Shown in pieces: positions 24,646-35,124 of a stretch of 64,000 nt of DNA. How positions within the stretch are numbered: the stretch's first letter is position 1; each line of letters starts with the position of its first letter. The DNA is from Candidatus Magasanikiibacteriota bacterium (GTDB taxonomy: Bacteria > Patescibacteriota > Patescibacteriia > Magasanikbacterales > GWA2-37-8), in contig JAUSEN010000016.1 in NCBI GenBank assembly GCA_030650025.1, positions 9,428 through 73,427 of the forward strand, read 5' to 3'. A program made the translations under genes and the position numbers. The notes under the pieces are model-generated. The model searched no databases and was not told the origin of the DNA. It worked only from the letters and a program-made list of their open reading frames with translations.

Positions 24646-26847
24646 ATGGCTATTAGAAATTGGTCGCTTAATTGGGGCGGCCGGGAACTCACTGTTGAAG
24701 TGGGTCGGTTTGCTTTAAACACTAACGCCAGCTGTACGGTACGCTATGGCGATACGGTGATTTTAGCTACGGCCACGATAAGTAAAAAAGTTCGCGCGGG
24801 CTTAGACTTTTTCCCGCTGATGGTAAATTTTGAGGAAAAATTGTACGCCGCTGGCAAGATCAAGGGTTCGCGATTCATCAAACGGGAAGGCCGCCCGACT
24901 GATGAAGCGATTTTGTCCGGGCGTTTAGTGGACCGTTCAATTCGGCCCCTGTTTGACCAAGCAATCAGGAATGACGTGCAGGTTATTTTAACGGCTTTGT
25001 CGTATGACATTGAAAACGATCCGCAAGTGCCCGCTTTAATCGCGGCTTCGATCGCGCTGTCTATTTCTGATATTCCCTGGAACGGACCGATTGCGGGCGC
25101 GCGAATGGGCAAGATTAACGGTGAATGGAAATTTAACCCTGGCGTTACTGAACGGATCGCTGGTGAGGCAGATATAATTGTCGCTGGCACTCCAGAAAAA
25201 TTAATCATGGTGGAAGCTGGTACTAAAGAAATTCCGGATTCGGAAGTAGTTGTGGCCATGAAGCAGGGCGCCAAAGAAATGGCCCCGATGGTTGATTTTA
25301 TCAAGAAAATTGTTAAAGAAATGGGTAAAACTAAAATTGATATTAAAACGAATGGTGGTGAGACTGGTGAGAAAATTTTGGAGGTTGAAAAAGAAATACG
25401 CGCTTTTGTGGCCTCGCATGTGGATGATTGGATGTTTGACAACATCAAGCCTGGCAAACAAGAACGCGTGGCGATGGTAGAAAAATTTAGCAAAGCGATT
25501 GAAGCCATGCTGGCCGCTAAAGAGGGATTAGACGAGACTATTCCGGTGATTGTGCTCGGACGCGTCAAAACGTACGTGGAGGAGTTTATCTCGGCGCGTA
25601 TTTTAAAGAACGAACAGCGACTAGACGGTCGCAAGCTTTCCGATATCCGCCCTCTCACTATTGACGTTGGATTACTGCCTCGGACCCATGGCACGGGCTG
25701 TTTCCAGCGTGGCGACACGCAAGTGCTCTCGGTAGTTACGCTGGGCGCGCCGGGCGACGTGCAAACGATTGATACCATGGAAGAAGACGGCACCAAGCGT
25801 TACATGCACCACTATTCTGACACGCCCGCGACTTATGGCGAAACTGGTCCACTCCGGGGGCCGGGGAACCGCGCTATTGGGCACGGTGCTTTAGCCGAGC
25901 GTGCATTGGAGCCAGTTTTACCAGACGAAAATTCGTTTCCATATGCCATGCGCGTGGTTTCCGAAGTGTTTGGTTCTAATGGTTCGAGTTCAATGGCTTC
26001 GACCTGCGCTTCCACGCTCGCTTTAATGGACGCGGGGGTGCCGATTAAAAAACCGGTGGCGGGTATTGCCATGGGTTTGGCGAGCGGCGAGAATGGTAAA
26101 TTTAAAATTTTAACGGATTTACAAGATATCGAAGACGGACCGGGCGGCATGGACTTTAAAATTACCGGGACGCGGGACGGCGTTACCGCCATCCAAATGG
26201 ATACTAAAACCGCTGGTCTGTCTTGGGAGATTGTGGAAGAGACTTTTAAACAATCGCTGGCCGCGCGTCTCAAGATTTTGGACGCCATGAATGCTGTCTT
26301 GCCAGTGCCCCGAGCCGAACTTAGCAAATACGCCCCGCGTATTGAAACTATTATGATTAACCCGGACAAGATTCGTGACGTGATTGGCCCGGGCGGCAAG
26401 ATGATTAATAAAATTATCGCGGAATGCGGCGTGCAAATCGATATTGAAGACAGTGGGCGCGTTTGCGTTACTTCTACTGACCCGGTTGGCATGCAGAAGG
26501 CGATGCAGTGGGTTAAAGATTTAACTCACGAAATTACCGCGGGCGAGTTGTACGATGGCACGGTAGTACGTTTGGAAGATTTTGGCGCTTTTGTGCAGGT
26601 CTTGCCCGGGCAGGACGGCTTGGTGCATGTTTCGGAAATTGCTTGGGATCGCACTAACAAGCCTTCGGATGTTTTAAAACTTGGTGATAAAGTGAAAGTA
26701 GTGGTGAAAGAAATCGATGGCATGGGTCGCGTTAACCTCTCTATGAAGCAGTTATTACCGAAACCAGCTGGTTATGTGGATAGGCCCGCGTTTGAACGCC
26801 CACCCCGCAGTGGTGGTGGCGGGTTTCGCGGGGGACGCAGGCCGTAA
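24646..26847 (+). CDS. pnp: polyribonucleotide nucleotidyltransferase (PNPase)
   Basis: Two RNase PH-like domains, KH and S1 (GELYDGTVVRLEDFGAFV), Gly-rich C-terminal tail. Confidence 0.9.
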   Translation: MAIRNWSLNWGGRELTVEVGRFALNTNASCTVRYGDTVILATATISKKVRAGLDFFPLMVNFEEKLYAAGKIKGSRFIKREGRPTDEAILSGRLVDRSIRPLFDQAIRNDVQVILTALSYDIENDPQVPALIAASIALSISDIPWNGPIAGARMGKINGEWKFNPGVTERIAGEADIIVAGTPEKLIMVEAGTKEIPDSEVVVAMKQGAKEMAPMVDFIKKIVKEMGKTKIDIKTNGGETGEKILEVEKEIRAFVASHVDDWMFDNIKPGKQERVAMVEKFSKAIEAMLAAKEGLDETIPVIVLGRVKTYVEEFISARILKNEQRLDGRKLSDIRPLTIDVGLLPRTHGTGCFQRGDTQVLSVVTLGAPGDVQTIDTMEEDGTKRYMHHYSDTPATYGETGPLRGPGNRAIGHGALAERALEPVLPDENSFPYAMRVVSEVFGSNGSSSMASTCASTLALMDAGVPIKKPVAGIAMGLASGENGKFKILTDLQDIEDGPGGMDFKITGTRDGVTAIQMDTKTAGLSWEIVEETFKQSLAARLKILDAMNAVLPVPRAELSKYAPRIETIMINPDKIRDVIGPGGKMINKIIAECGVQIDIEDSGRVCVTSTDPVGMQKAMQWVKDLTHEITAGELYDGTVVRLEDFGAFVQVLPGQDGLVHVSEIAWDRTNKPSDVLKLGDKVKVVVKEIDGMGRVNLSMKQLLPKPAGYVDRPAFERPPRSGGGGFRGGRRP

Positions 26848-26965
26848 AAAGATTGATGTTTAATTTGTTGTAGAGATGCCCCAGTAGAGACGCCCCAGCG
26901 GGGCGTCTCTACGTTATCTGGCGGTTGATTTTCTGGTTTAATTATGGTTAAATAGCGCGGCAATT

Positions 26966-27047
26966 GGGCAAGTGGCGGAATTGGCATACGCGCATGGCTT
27001 AGGACCATGTCCCGTAAGGGTTGAGGGTTCGACTCCCTCCTTGCCCA
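26966..27047 (+). tRNA. tRNA-Leu(UAG), type II
   Basis: Acceptor gggcaag/cttgccc, anticodon stem catgg/ccatg with loop ctTAGga, long variable arm, T arm gagggttcgactccctc. Confidence 0.8.
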
Positions 27048-27235
27048 CAAACACACAAGATACGAGTTCGAGTCCCCGCCCGAAACGCCTCCGGCGTAGC
27101 CGGGGCGGGCGGGTCTCCCGCGGCACAAAAGCAATATATTGTCTAAGCACGAATAAATTGCTATAATAGACACAGGGTGCGCCAAGCGCGCTCATGTTAA
27201 TTCGCGATCTCTTTTAGAATATAAACAAATAGAAT

Positions 27236-27805
27236 ATGTACAAACAACTGCTTTTTTTGATGGCGGGAATAATTCTGGCCGGCGCCGGGTGCGGTGGCGG
27301 CGGCGCGCCCAATGTAGCCAGCCCTGGGGCGGAGGATGGGAGCGCGCCAATGGCCAGCAGCGCCGACCCTTGCGCCGCGCTTAAAACGGCCTCCGGGGAG
27401 GCCCTACTTACCCCCCCAGACGCGGCCCTGGCTCTCGGCGGCAATTGGTCGGAGCCGGCGAAATTCAATACTGACATCGGCTGCGCGTTCACTTTATCCA
27501 GCGACGAAATGCCCTCGGCCGCGTATCGTTTTCTGTTTGTCACGGTGAGCGTGGTGGAGTCGTTTATGTATGATGAAATAGTAAATACCAAACAGGGCAA
27601 AGTAGCCAATGTCGCCAATTACGAATATAAAGATGTGCCTAACCTGGGCGCGGAAGCTTTTTTCCAGCTTCCCACCGACAGCACTCGCGAATTTAGCACC
27701 CTGCTCTTCGTAAAAAAAGGCAACCGGATTATTTCCATTGGTAGCCGTTACGCCACCGAAGCGCAGATTATTAAACTCGGCCAAACCGCGACTAACCGGT
27801 GGTGA
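27236..27805 (+). CDS. hypothetical lipoprotein
   Basis: Lipobox LAGAGCGGGG after a signal peptide. Confidence 0.5.
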   Translation: MYKQLLFLMAGIILAGAGCGGGGAPNVASPGAEDGSAPMASSADPCAALKTASGEALLTPPDAALALGGNWSEPAKFNTDIGCAFTLSSDEMPSAAYRFLFVTVSVVESFMYDEIVNTKQGKVANVANYEYKDVPNLGAEAFFQLPTDSTREFSTLLFVKKGNRIISIGSRYATEAQIIKLGQTATNRW

Positions 27806-27849
27806 AGTCGCGGCTGTCTTTTTAAAGTTTTTTAATAAAGTAAAATCGT

Positions 27850-29796
27850 ATGCGGAATTTATTTTTGGTAAATTTTAACCAGTTGGCCCGGGCCATTATA
27901 GCGGCCATGGTGTTATTAGCGCCGATTAGCCCGGCCTTGGCCGTAGCGCCGTTTATGCCGCCGCCCATTAATTTAGCGCTGGTGCCCGGAGTCGGCGTGG
28001 TAACTTTGTCATGGAATCCGGGCGCTAATGGCACTGGAAATGAAGAAGCGTACGATATTCAGCAGTCCACTGATGGACAAAATTTTGTTGATATTGGAGT
28101 TGTTTTTAATACCGGGCAAAATAGTTATTCGCGCGCTGTTTCCGGATTAGCGTACGACACAGAATACTGGTTTAAAGTGGCGGGGTATCAACCACCTGGC
28201 ACTTATTCTGACTGGGTAGTAGCCGGGTCGGTTTCCACATTAATAGAAAATCCGGCGCCGCCAACTGCCAGCGGCCCCACTAATTCCACGCTTAATTTAA
28301 GCTTTTCCGCGCCAGCTAATAATCCGGCGACCGTTAAATATGGATTTTACAACATGACATTAGGATCCTATTTAAAGGAAGATGGTTCCGCCGCGAATCA
28401 GGAGAATGTGTTTTTAGCGGCTCCCAATGATCCGCGTTGGACTAATTTTAAGGCCATTGGTTTGTCACCGAATACGGCTTACCGATTTGAAGTTAAAGCG
28501 CAGGGCGCCAATACCGAGAGCTGGTCTGGCGACAGCGCGGCCGTACGCACTTTGGCCAATCCACCCACTAACCTGCAAGCGACCGCGGCCAGCGCCACTA
28601 GCGTTACGGTAAGCTGGGGGGGCGACGCGGTAACTTCTTACAACGTAAAAAATACCAGCACCGGCGCGGAATCGGGTTGGCGCACGGGCACGTCTTACGC
28701 TTTTACCAACCTCACTTGCAACACTAATTATAACTTTACCGTTCAAAGCCGCAACAGCGACAATGTCGCGGGCGCGGCCGTGGCAGTGTCCGGCACCACC
28801 GCGGCTTGCCCCGCAGAGCCGCCACCGGTCCAACCCACCTTGACCTCGGTCTCGGCCGCGGCCAATAGCAATACCAGTATTACCGTTAGTTGGAATGGCA
28901 CGGCCAGCAATTATTTTGTTCAGAATGCTACCGACGCTACCAATTCCGGCTGGATTAGCGGCAATTCTTATACTTTCAATAATTTAATTTGTAACACTAC
29001 CTATAACTTTACTGTTCAAGGCCGAAATACCGGCGGCACTTTGACAGCGCAGTTGTCGGTAACAGCGCAAACTAAGGCCTGTGGCTCGCCGCCTCCTTCT
29101 GCCACCACCACTACGCCTCCGCGGTTTCCTTTGCCAGCGACTTGCCCGGCCACGTTAGCACCCGGTAGTATGATTAAAGTGCGGGGCAAGCCTCCGATAT
29201 ATGTTTTAAATGCTCAATTTCAAGTGTTGCATTTTCCGAGCGGCGATGAATTTAAGAGCTGGAACGCGGATGATAAATACGGCGGCTATATATTAGTCGA
29301 AGAGAGCTGTTTCGATGATTTGCCACTGCCGTCAATTTTCCCGGTGGGTGTAAATTATCGGCCCGGGAGTTATGTGGTTAAAAAAAGTTCGTCCGACCAG
29401 CTTTACGCGGTATTGCCGAATGATTCTTTAGCTAAAATTACCGAGCGCGCCGCGCGCGATCTTTACGGCGCAAATTTTATCCCTAAAGTAATTGCTGATA
29501 TATCTTGGCTGAACTATATAAAAAGGGGGGTGGATATTACCGAAGCTAAAGCTCACGTGGGTATGCTGGTGCGCCAAAATGCCAAGAATTGGTATATCGA
29601 ACCTCATTTTAGTACGGGTCGCTTATGGTTGCGCGAAGTAACCGCGGCTGGTTTTACGGCCAACCGATTTAAATCCATTTTTATTAGAACAGTCCCGGCA
29701 ATCGCGGTGGCAGATTACCCTGTGGGCGCGCCAATTACCACTGATGAGTCTAGGATTAGTAACAGAATTTATATATACGTCCAGCCTCCCACATGA
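27850..29796 (+). CDS. secreted fibronectin type III repeat protein with unknown C-terminal domain
   Basis: Signal peptide; several FN3-like repeats (SWNPG..., TVSWGGD..., TVSWNGT...) with recurring CNTNYNFTVQ motifs. Confidence 0.6.
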   Translation: MRNLFLVNFNQLARAIIAAMVLLAPISPALAVAPFMPPPINLALVPGVGVVTLSWNPGANGTGNEEAYDIQQSTDGQNFVDIGVVFNTGQNSYSRAVSGLAYDTEYWFKVAGYQPPGTYSDWVVAGSVSTLIENPAPPTASGPTNSTLNLSFSAPANNPATVKYGFYNMTLGSYLKEDGSAANQENVFLAAPNDPRWTNFKAIGLSPNTAYRFEVKAQGANTESWSGDSAAVRTLANPPTNLQATAASATSVTVSWGGDAVTSYNVKNTSTGAESGWRTGTSYAFTNLTCNTNYNFTVQSRNSDNVAGAAVAVSGTTAACPAEPPPVQPTLTSVSAAANSNTSITVSWNGTASNYFVQNATDATNSGWISGNSYTFNNLICNTTYNFTVQGRNTGGTLTAQLSVTAQTKACGSPPPSATTTTPPRFPLPATCPATLAPGSMIKVRGKPPIYVLNAQFQVLHFPSGDEFKSWNADDKYGGYILVEESCFDDLPLPSIFPVGVNYRPGSYVVKKSSSDQLYAVLPNDSLAKITERAARDLYGANFIPKVIADISWLNYIKRGVDITEAKAHVGMLVRQNAKNWYIEPHFSTGRLWLREVTAAGFTANRFKSIFIRTVPAIAVADYPVGAPITTDESRISNRIYIYVQPPT

Positions 29797-30437
29797 AATT
29801 ATTTATAGACTCCGCTGTAATCAATGAAATCAAAACCGCCGTGAGCTGGGGGATGGTTGATGGCGTAACCACCAACCCGACTTTAATTATGCGGGCGGGT
29901 AAAGATTTTAAGACCACTATTTTAGAAATTTGTAAGATGGTTTCGGGCCCCGTGAGCGCAGAAACTATTTCGCCGGATGCTGAAGGCATGATTAGAGAGG
30001 GCCGGGAGTTTGCCAAGTGGCACAAAAATGTTTACGTAAAAGTGCCGTGCACGTCCGAGGGGCTTAAAGCCTGCCATGAATTAACTAAACTTGGAATAAA
30101 AGTAAATGTGACGTTGGTATTTTCGGCGAATCAGGTTTTGCTCGCGGCCAAGGCCGGAGCCGCGCTAATCTCACCCTTTGTGGGGCGTTTGGTAGACGCG
30201 GGTGAAGACGGCATGAAAATGATTCAAGAGGCAATGGCGATAATTAACAACTATCATTTTGCGGCGCGATTACTCGTGGCTTCGGTACGCGACACGCGCA
30301 TGGTAACAGACGCGGCCATACTCGGCGCGCACATTGCCACGGTGCCGTTTAAGGTGCTGGAGGCGATGTATAGACACCCGCTGACTGATAAGGGGATCCA
30401 AACTTTTTTAGAAGATTGGGCTAAAGCTAAGAAGTAA
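29793..30437 (+). CDS. transaldolase / fructose-6-phosphate aldolase family (short form)
   Basis: MKLFIDSAVINEIK...GVTTNPTLI and the KVP Schiff-base lysine region. Confidence 0.8.
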   Translation: MKLFIDSAVINEIKTAVSWGMVDGVTTNPTLIMRAGKDFKTTILEICKMVSGPVSAETISPDAEGMIREGREFAKWHKNVYVKVPCTSEGLKACHELTKLGIKVNVTLVFSANQVLLAAKAGAALISPFVGRLVDAGEDGMKMIQEAMAIINNYHFAARLLVASVRDTRMVTDAAILGAHIATVPFKVLEAMYRHPLTDKGIQTFLEDWAKAKK

Positions 30438-30500
30438 AAGCGCTGCAGGAGTTTAGTTTGAGTTAAGGTTTTTGATAAATGTTATCCCCATTTTACCCCC

Positions 30501-30529
30501 TTGACAGGGGAGTTTGGGTATAGTAAAAT
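30501..30529 (+). promoter_or_regulatory. near-consensus sigma70-type promoter (TTGACA-17-TAAAAT) embedded in a 9-bp inverted repeat, ~560 nt upstream of 23S
   Basis: ttgaca 30501-30506 and taaaat 30524-30529; flanking IR ccattttac (30488-96) / gtaaaatgg (30523-31). Confidence 0.5.
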
Positions 30530-32310
30530 GGTGCGTACCGCAAAAAGGTCGTTTTTTACGACCGCCACGTCCCCTGCACCAGAACGCTTCGCGTCCGGTT
30601 CAGGGCTTCGCAGTCTAGCTCTGGCTACTAGCGAAGCGCCACTCGGGACCTCTAGAAAATTGCGTAGCTTACACAAAAAACGATGTATATTGCTACAAAA
30701 TTTACTCGAGTTACTCCAAGTGGTTAAAAACCCCACCCATTTTATTGGGCCGCTTGGAAAAGCGGCTTTTATTATTTTGGTCGGCTCAGATCGGTGAGAC
30801 AGAGATTTCTCCCCGCTCTAGGCGGGTCGAAATGACAGTGCAGAGTGGACTGGCTGGTACTTTGACAATTCAGGCAAGCACCATGCACCACCATAAACCA
30901 CAAGGGTTTATGGCAAACAAGGGTGCATGGCTAAATAACCATGAACCACAAGGGTTCATGGCAAGATTAATGCTTATTTTAAACATCAAGGTCTGGTGTT
31001 TAAAATAATAAAGGGTAACTTCATAAACATGAATATTGTCATGAAAAATTATGAAGTCAACTCAACGTAAGCACCATTTGGTGTTTTCGTTGTGTGCAAT
31101 TTCAACAAGAGCATATGGTGGATGCCTAGACACTAAAAGATGAAGAAGGACGTTGCAAGGTGCGATAAGCCTCGGGGAGCTCCTAAGCAAGCTGTGATCC
31201 GGGGATTTCCGAATGGGGAAACCCGTTACAAAGAAATTTGTAACATCGTATACTGAATTCATAGGTGTACGAGGAAGACCTGGCGAAGTGAAACATCTCA
31301 GTAGCCAGAGGAAAATAAATCGAAGAGATTCCCTTAGTAGTGGCGAGCGAAAAGGGATCAGCCTAAACCTTATACATGTTGTTGCCGTAACAGATTGATC
31401 GCAAGGTTAATTATGAGCGGCAGTTTAAAGACGCAGGTCGTTGTGTATATGGTGTAATAAGACAATTACGCGTCCGCCCTGCGGCGGACGGTGAAAATGT
31501 GACTTTCCTAGTAGAACGCTCTGGAACGAGCGGCCGCAGAGGGTAAGAGCCCCGTACGCGAAAGGAGTCTATATAATCATGGTAGTTGTTCTTGAGTAGG
31601 GCGGAACTCGTGAAATTCCGTCTGAATTCGGGCCGACTATGGTCTAAGGCTAAATACTTTTAGTGATCGATAGTGGACTAGTACCACGAGGGAAAGGTGA
31701 AAAGTAGCCCGGTGAGGGCGATGAAATAGTATCTGAAACCATATGTTTACAAAGAGCGGAAGACCGGAGTACCCAGAATTATTCCCCCCTACGGGGGGAA
31801 TAATTCTGGGTCCTGGTCGACCGTGTTCCTATTGAAGAATGAGCCTGCGAGTGTGCTGTATGTCGTTGCTTAAACCCTTCTGGGGTGGAGGCATAGCGAA
31901 AGCGAGTCTTAACGGGCGTATATAATGGCATGCACATAACCCGAAACCGGGTGAGCTATCCATGACCAGGATGAACCCTTCCGAAAGGAAGGGGGAGGTC
32001 CGAACACACGAGCCGTGCAACACTCGGTGATGAGTTGTGGATGGGAGAGAAATTCTAATCGAACTCGGTGATAGCTGGTTCTCCTTGAAATAGTTTTAGG
32101 ACTAGCCTCGCGCGTTCCCTTTGGCGGTAGAGCACTGGATGAGACTCGGGTCCTTCGGGATACCAGTTTCAATCAAACTCCGAATGCCGAAGATTAAAAG
32201 CGCGGGAGTCAGACTGTGGGGGCTAAGCTCCATAGTCAAAAGGGAAACAGCCCTGATCGCCAGCTAAGGTCCCTAAATCCATATTAAGTGTGAAAGGTGG
32301 TGTTAACTCT

Positions 32311-32348
<38 letters not shown>

Positions 32349-33172
32349 TAAAGAAAGCGTAACAGCTCACTGGTCAAGAGTTTTCGCGCCGAAAATGTAC
32401 CGGGGCTAAATATGGTACCGAAGCTGCGAATTGGTAGATCCTCCGGGATTTACCTCTGGTAAAGGAGCGTTGGTAGCTGCGCTGAAGCCATAGCCGCGAG
32501 GCGTGGTGGAGTGCTACCAAGTGAGAATGCAGGCATGAGTAACAATAAGGGAAGTGAGAATCTTCCCCGCCGAAAATCCAAGGTTTCCTGGGCAACGAGA
32601 CTCGACCCAGGGTTAGTCGATCCTAAGGCCAGGCCGAAAGGCGTAACCGATGGAAGAGCAGGTTAATATTCCTGCACTTGGTATAGTTTGTTTGTTAGTG
32701 CGCATAGTGAAGCTGACAGCGTGTTTTGAATATACACGTTTCTTTACCCCGACGTGAAGTCGGGGCAGGGACGAAGATGAAGCCTTCGGGTGGAGTCAAC
32801 TGTCGGGGACGCTGTGCCTAGAAAAGCTAATAAACGTTAAGCTATATCAAACCGTACCGTAAACCGACACAGGTAGGTGAGTCGAGAAGACTAAGGCGTA
32901 CGAGAGAACCCTCTTTTAGGAACTCTGCAATACAGCGGCCGTAACTTAGGGATAAGGCCCGCCCCGATGTAAAAATCGGGGTTACAACAAAAGACGCACT
33001 GCGACTGTTTACCAAAAACACAGCTCCCTGCAAAAGCGCAAGCTGAAGTATAGGGAGTGATGCCTGGCCAGTGTCAGAACGTTAAGGCGAGAGGTTATCC
33101 GGTCATCCGACCGGAGAAGCCTTGAACTGAAGCGCTGATGAACGCCGGCGGTAACTATAACCGTCCTAAGGT

Positions 33173-33408
33173 AGCGGACTTGAGAAATCGAGCACGCTAG
33201 GATTGGGACGGATATAGCAAAAAGTAAACAATCATTAAAGATGAGCAGAGTCATCGAAATATTAACAGCCATTCAAAAAATGCTACCTTGCTTTGCAGTA
33301 ATGCAAAGAATAATCCGGTCATAGCTTATGAGAGACTATACGCTATGCTCCTCCGACGAAACTCGGAGGAAGAAGATTTAGTCCTTCGTCATTAAACAGG
33401 AAACGAAG
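33173..33408 (+). mobile_element. group I-like intron (ORF-less), inserted after the U of GGU|AGCG (E. coli ~L1931, helix 69/70 region)
   Basis: The conserved ccgtcctaaggt.agcgaaattccttgtcgg is interrupted by 236 nt; the 5' exon ends in U and the insert ends in G. Confidence 0.6.
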
Positions 33409-33430
33409 AGCGAAATTCCTTGTCGGGTAA

Positions 33431-33682
33431 ACCAAGAACTTGCCCCCTGGTCGAGTAATTGACCTTGAAGCAATAGCTGTATCGGTGGAACCCATAAAAA
33501 ATCGTGCAGATTAATTATGGGCAATACCGAGGGAAGTCCTCCCAAAATGGAGTGACCCCGTAGAGACTACACGCTGTCTCCCGAGTTATTCGGGATGAAG
33601 ATATAGTCCGATCCTGCCGAGTAATTGGCAGCCCTACGAAAATCAAAAATCTAAAATCATAAATCGAAAATTCGTAGATGGA
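33431..33682 (+). mobile_element. second 23S insertion (~252 nt) within GGGUAA|GUUCCGACC (E. coli ~L1951-1953); intron-like, ORF-less
   Basis: Conserved flanks gggtaa and gttccgacctgcacgaatgg are contiguous in E. coli; boundaries are uncertain by 1-2 nt. Confidence 0.55.
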
Positions 33683-34208
33683 GTTCCGACCTGCACGAAT
33701 GGCATAACGATAGTGCGACTGTCTCAAAGAGGGACTCGGTGAAATTGCAAGGAAGGTGAAGATGCCTTCTACCCGCAACTAGACGAAAAGACCCCGTGAA
33801 GCTTTACTACAGCTTGCTATTGGTATACGTGCACGTATGTTGAGCGTAGGTGGGACCCGCAAGGGGCCAATGAGACACCACCCTTATGTATATGTATGCC
33901 TAATCTCTGCCCGTGAATCCGGGGAGGGAGACAGTGGCTGGCGGGTAGTTTATCTGGGGCGGATGCCTCCTAAAATGTAACGGAGGCGTTTACAAAGGTA
34001 GGCTTAGCGCGGATGGAAATCGCGCTGGACGTGCAAACGCAAAAGCCTGCTTTACTGCAAGGGCTACAACCCGCGCAGTTGCGAAAGCAGAAGTTAGTGA
34101 ACCGACCATCCTATATAGGAAGGTGGAAGATCAACGGATAAAAGCTACTCCGGGGATAACAGGCTGATCGCGCCCAATAGTCCACATAGACGGCGCGGTT
34201 TGGCACCT

Positions 34209-34573
34209 TAAATTATCGGGGTGCATACAAAGTGATTTGTTTCCAAGTTTTTTCGTCTAAAACAATTATGTTAAGATAGAAATAGAGATTTAAATCGGCT
34301 TATAACGGTGAACCCGTCATCCCGCCTAAGGCGGGATCGGCAATACCGTGGGAAGTCGCCCATTAACTGTGGGTTGACCCCGTAACGACTGACCCGAAAG
34401 GGGAGACTCGGTTACAGTTAGTAATCGGGTAATACGCCGACTCTTATATTAATCAAACTGAGATCATGCGACTCACGCCCCGAGCAAGTCCCGAAAGGGA
34501 CAAGTCGAGGGGTCCGCTAACATCCAGTATAAGAAGAAGATATAGTCTGCCCCATACGAAAGTATGGAATCAT
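34209..34573 (+). mobile_element. third 23S insertion (~365 nt) in the peptidyl-transferase-centre strand GGCACC|U(A)CGAUGUCGG (E. coli ~L2500); intron-like, ORF-less
   Basis: tttggcacc ... tacgatgtcggctcatc flanks; no long ORF inside. Confidence 0.55.
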
Positions 34574-34636
34574 GTACGATGTCGGCTCATCGCATCCTGG
34601 GGGTGAAGAAGCTCCCAAGGGTTTGGCTGTTCGCCA

Positions 34637-34688
<52 letters not shown>

Positions 34689-35124
34689 CTATCTGTTGCG
34701 GGCGCAGAATGTTGCAAAGACTCTTCCCTAGTACGAGAGGACCGGGAAGAATAAACCTCTGGTGTGCGAGTTGTTCCGTCAGGAGCATTGCTCGGTAGCT
34801 ACGTTTAGCACGGATAAACGCTGAAAGCATCTAAGCGTGAAGCCGTCTTTAAGATTAACATTCGTTATAGACCCCTTGTAGATTACGAGGTTGATAGGCT
34901 CTACGTGTAAGCACAGTAATGTGTTGAGCGGAGGAGTACTAATCGGTCGAGCGCACAACGAAAGCATTAAGTGGTGCTCACCTCTTCGGTGAGTCTACGA
35001 GTTATGTTTGCCATGTCATTCGACATGGCCTTGCCTGAATTTAGTCATTGTAGTAAACTATTTTGAAAATTCCCCCGCCAAAAGCGGGATCAGCTCGCTA
35101 ACGCGAGCCGAAAAAAGAACTAAT

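Noticed and set aside
24744-25796. 350-aa antisense ORF inside pnp (and other antisense ORFs inside pnp, PBP, pilin and GlmS genes)
   Set aside because: They are fully nested antisense to strongly supported genes and have low-complexity Ser/Ile-rich translations.
27050-27075. Possible second tRNA after tRNA-Leu because of a GAGTTCGAGTCC T-loop-like string
   Set aside because: No complementary T-stem, acceptor stem or anticodon arm could be drawn; treated as part of a GC hairpin element.
26772-27195. Track ORFs on both strands overlapping tRNA-Leu(UAG) and its trailer (137 aa, 85 aa, 64 aa)
   Set aside because: They overlap a well-folded tRNA and a GC palindrome; the Pro/Arg/Gly-rich translations are typical of GC-rich non-coding DNA read in frame.
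30540-31085. Hidden ncRNA gene (RNase P RNA, tmRNA, 6S) in the long region between promoter and 23S
   Set aside because: No P4-like (AGGAAAGTCC / ACAGAA) or tmRNA tag/tRNA-like signatures seen; more simply explained as a structured pre-rRNA leader.
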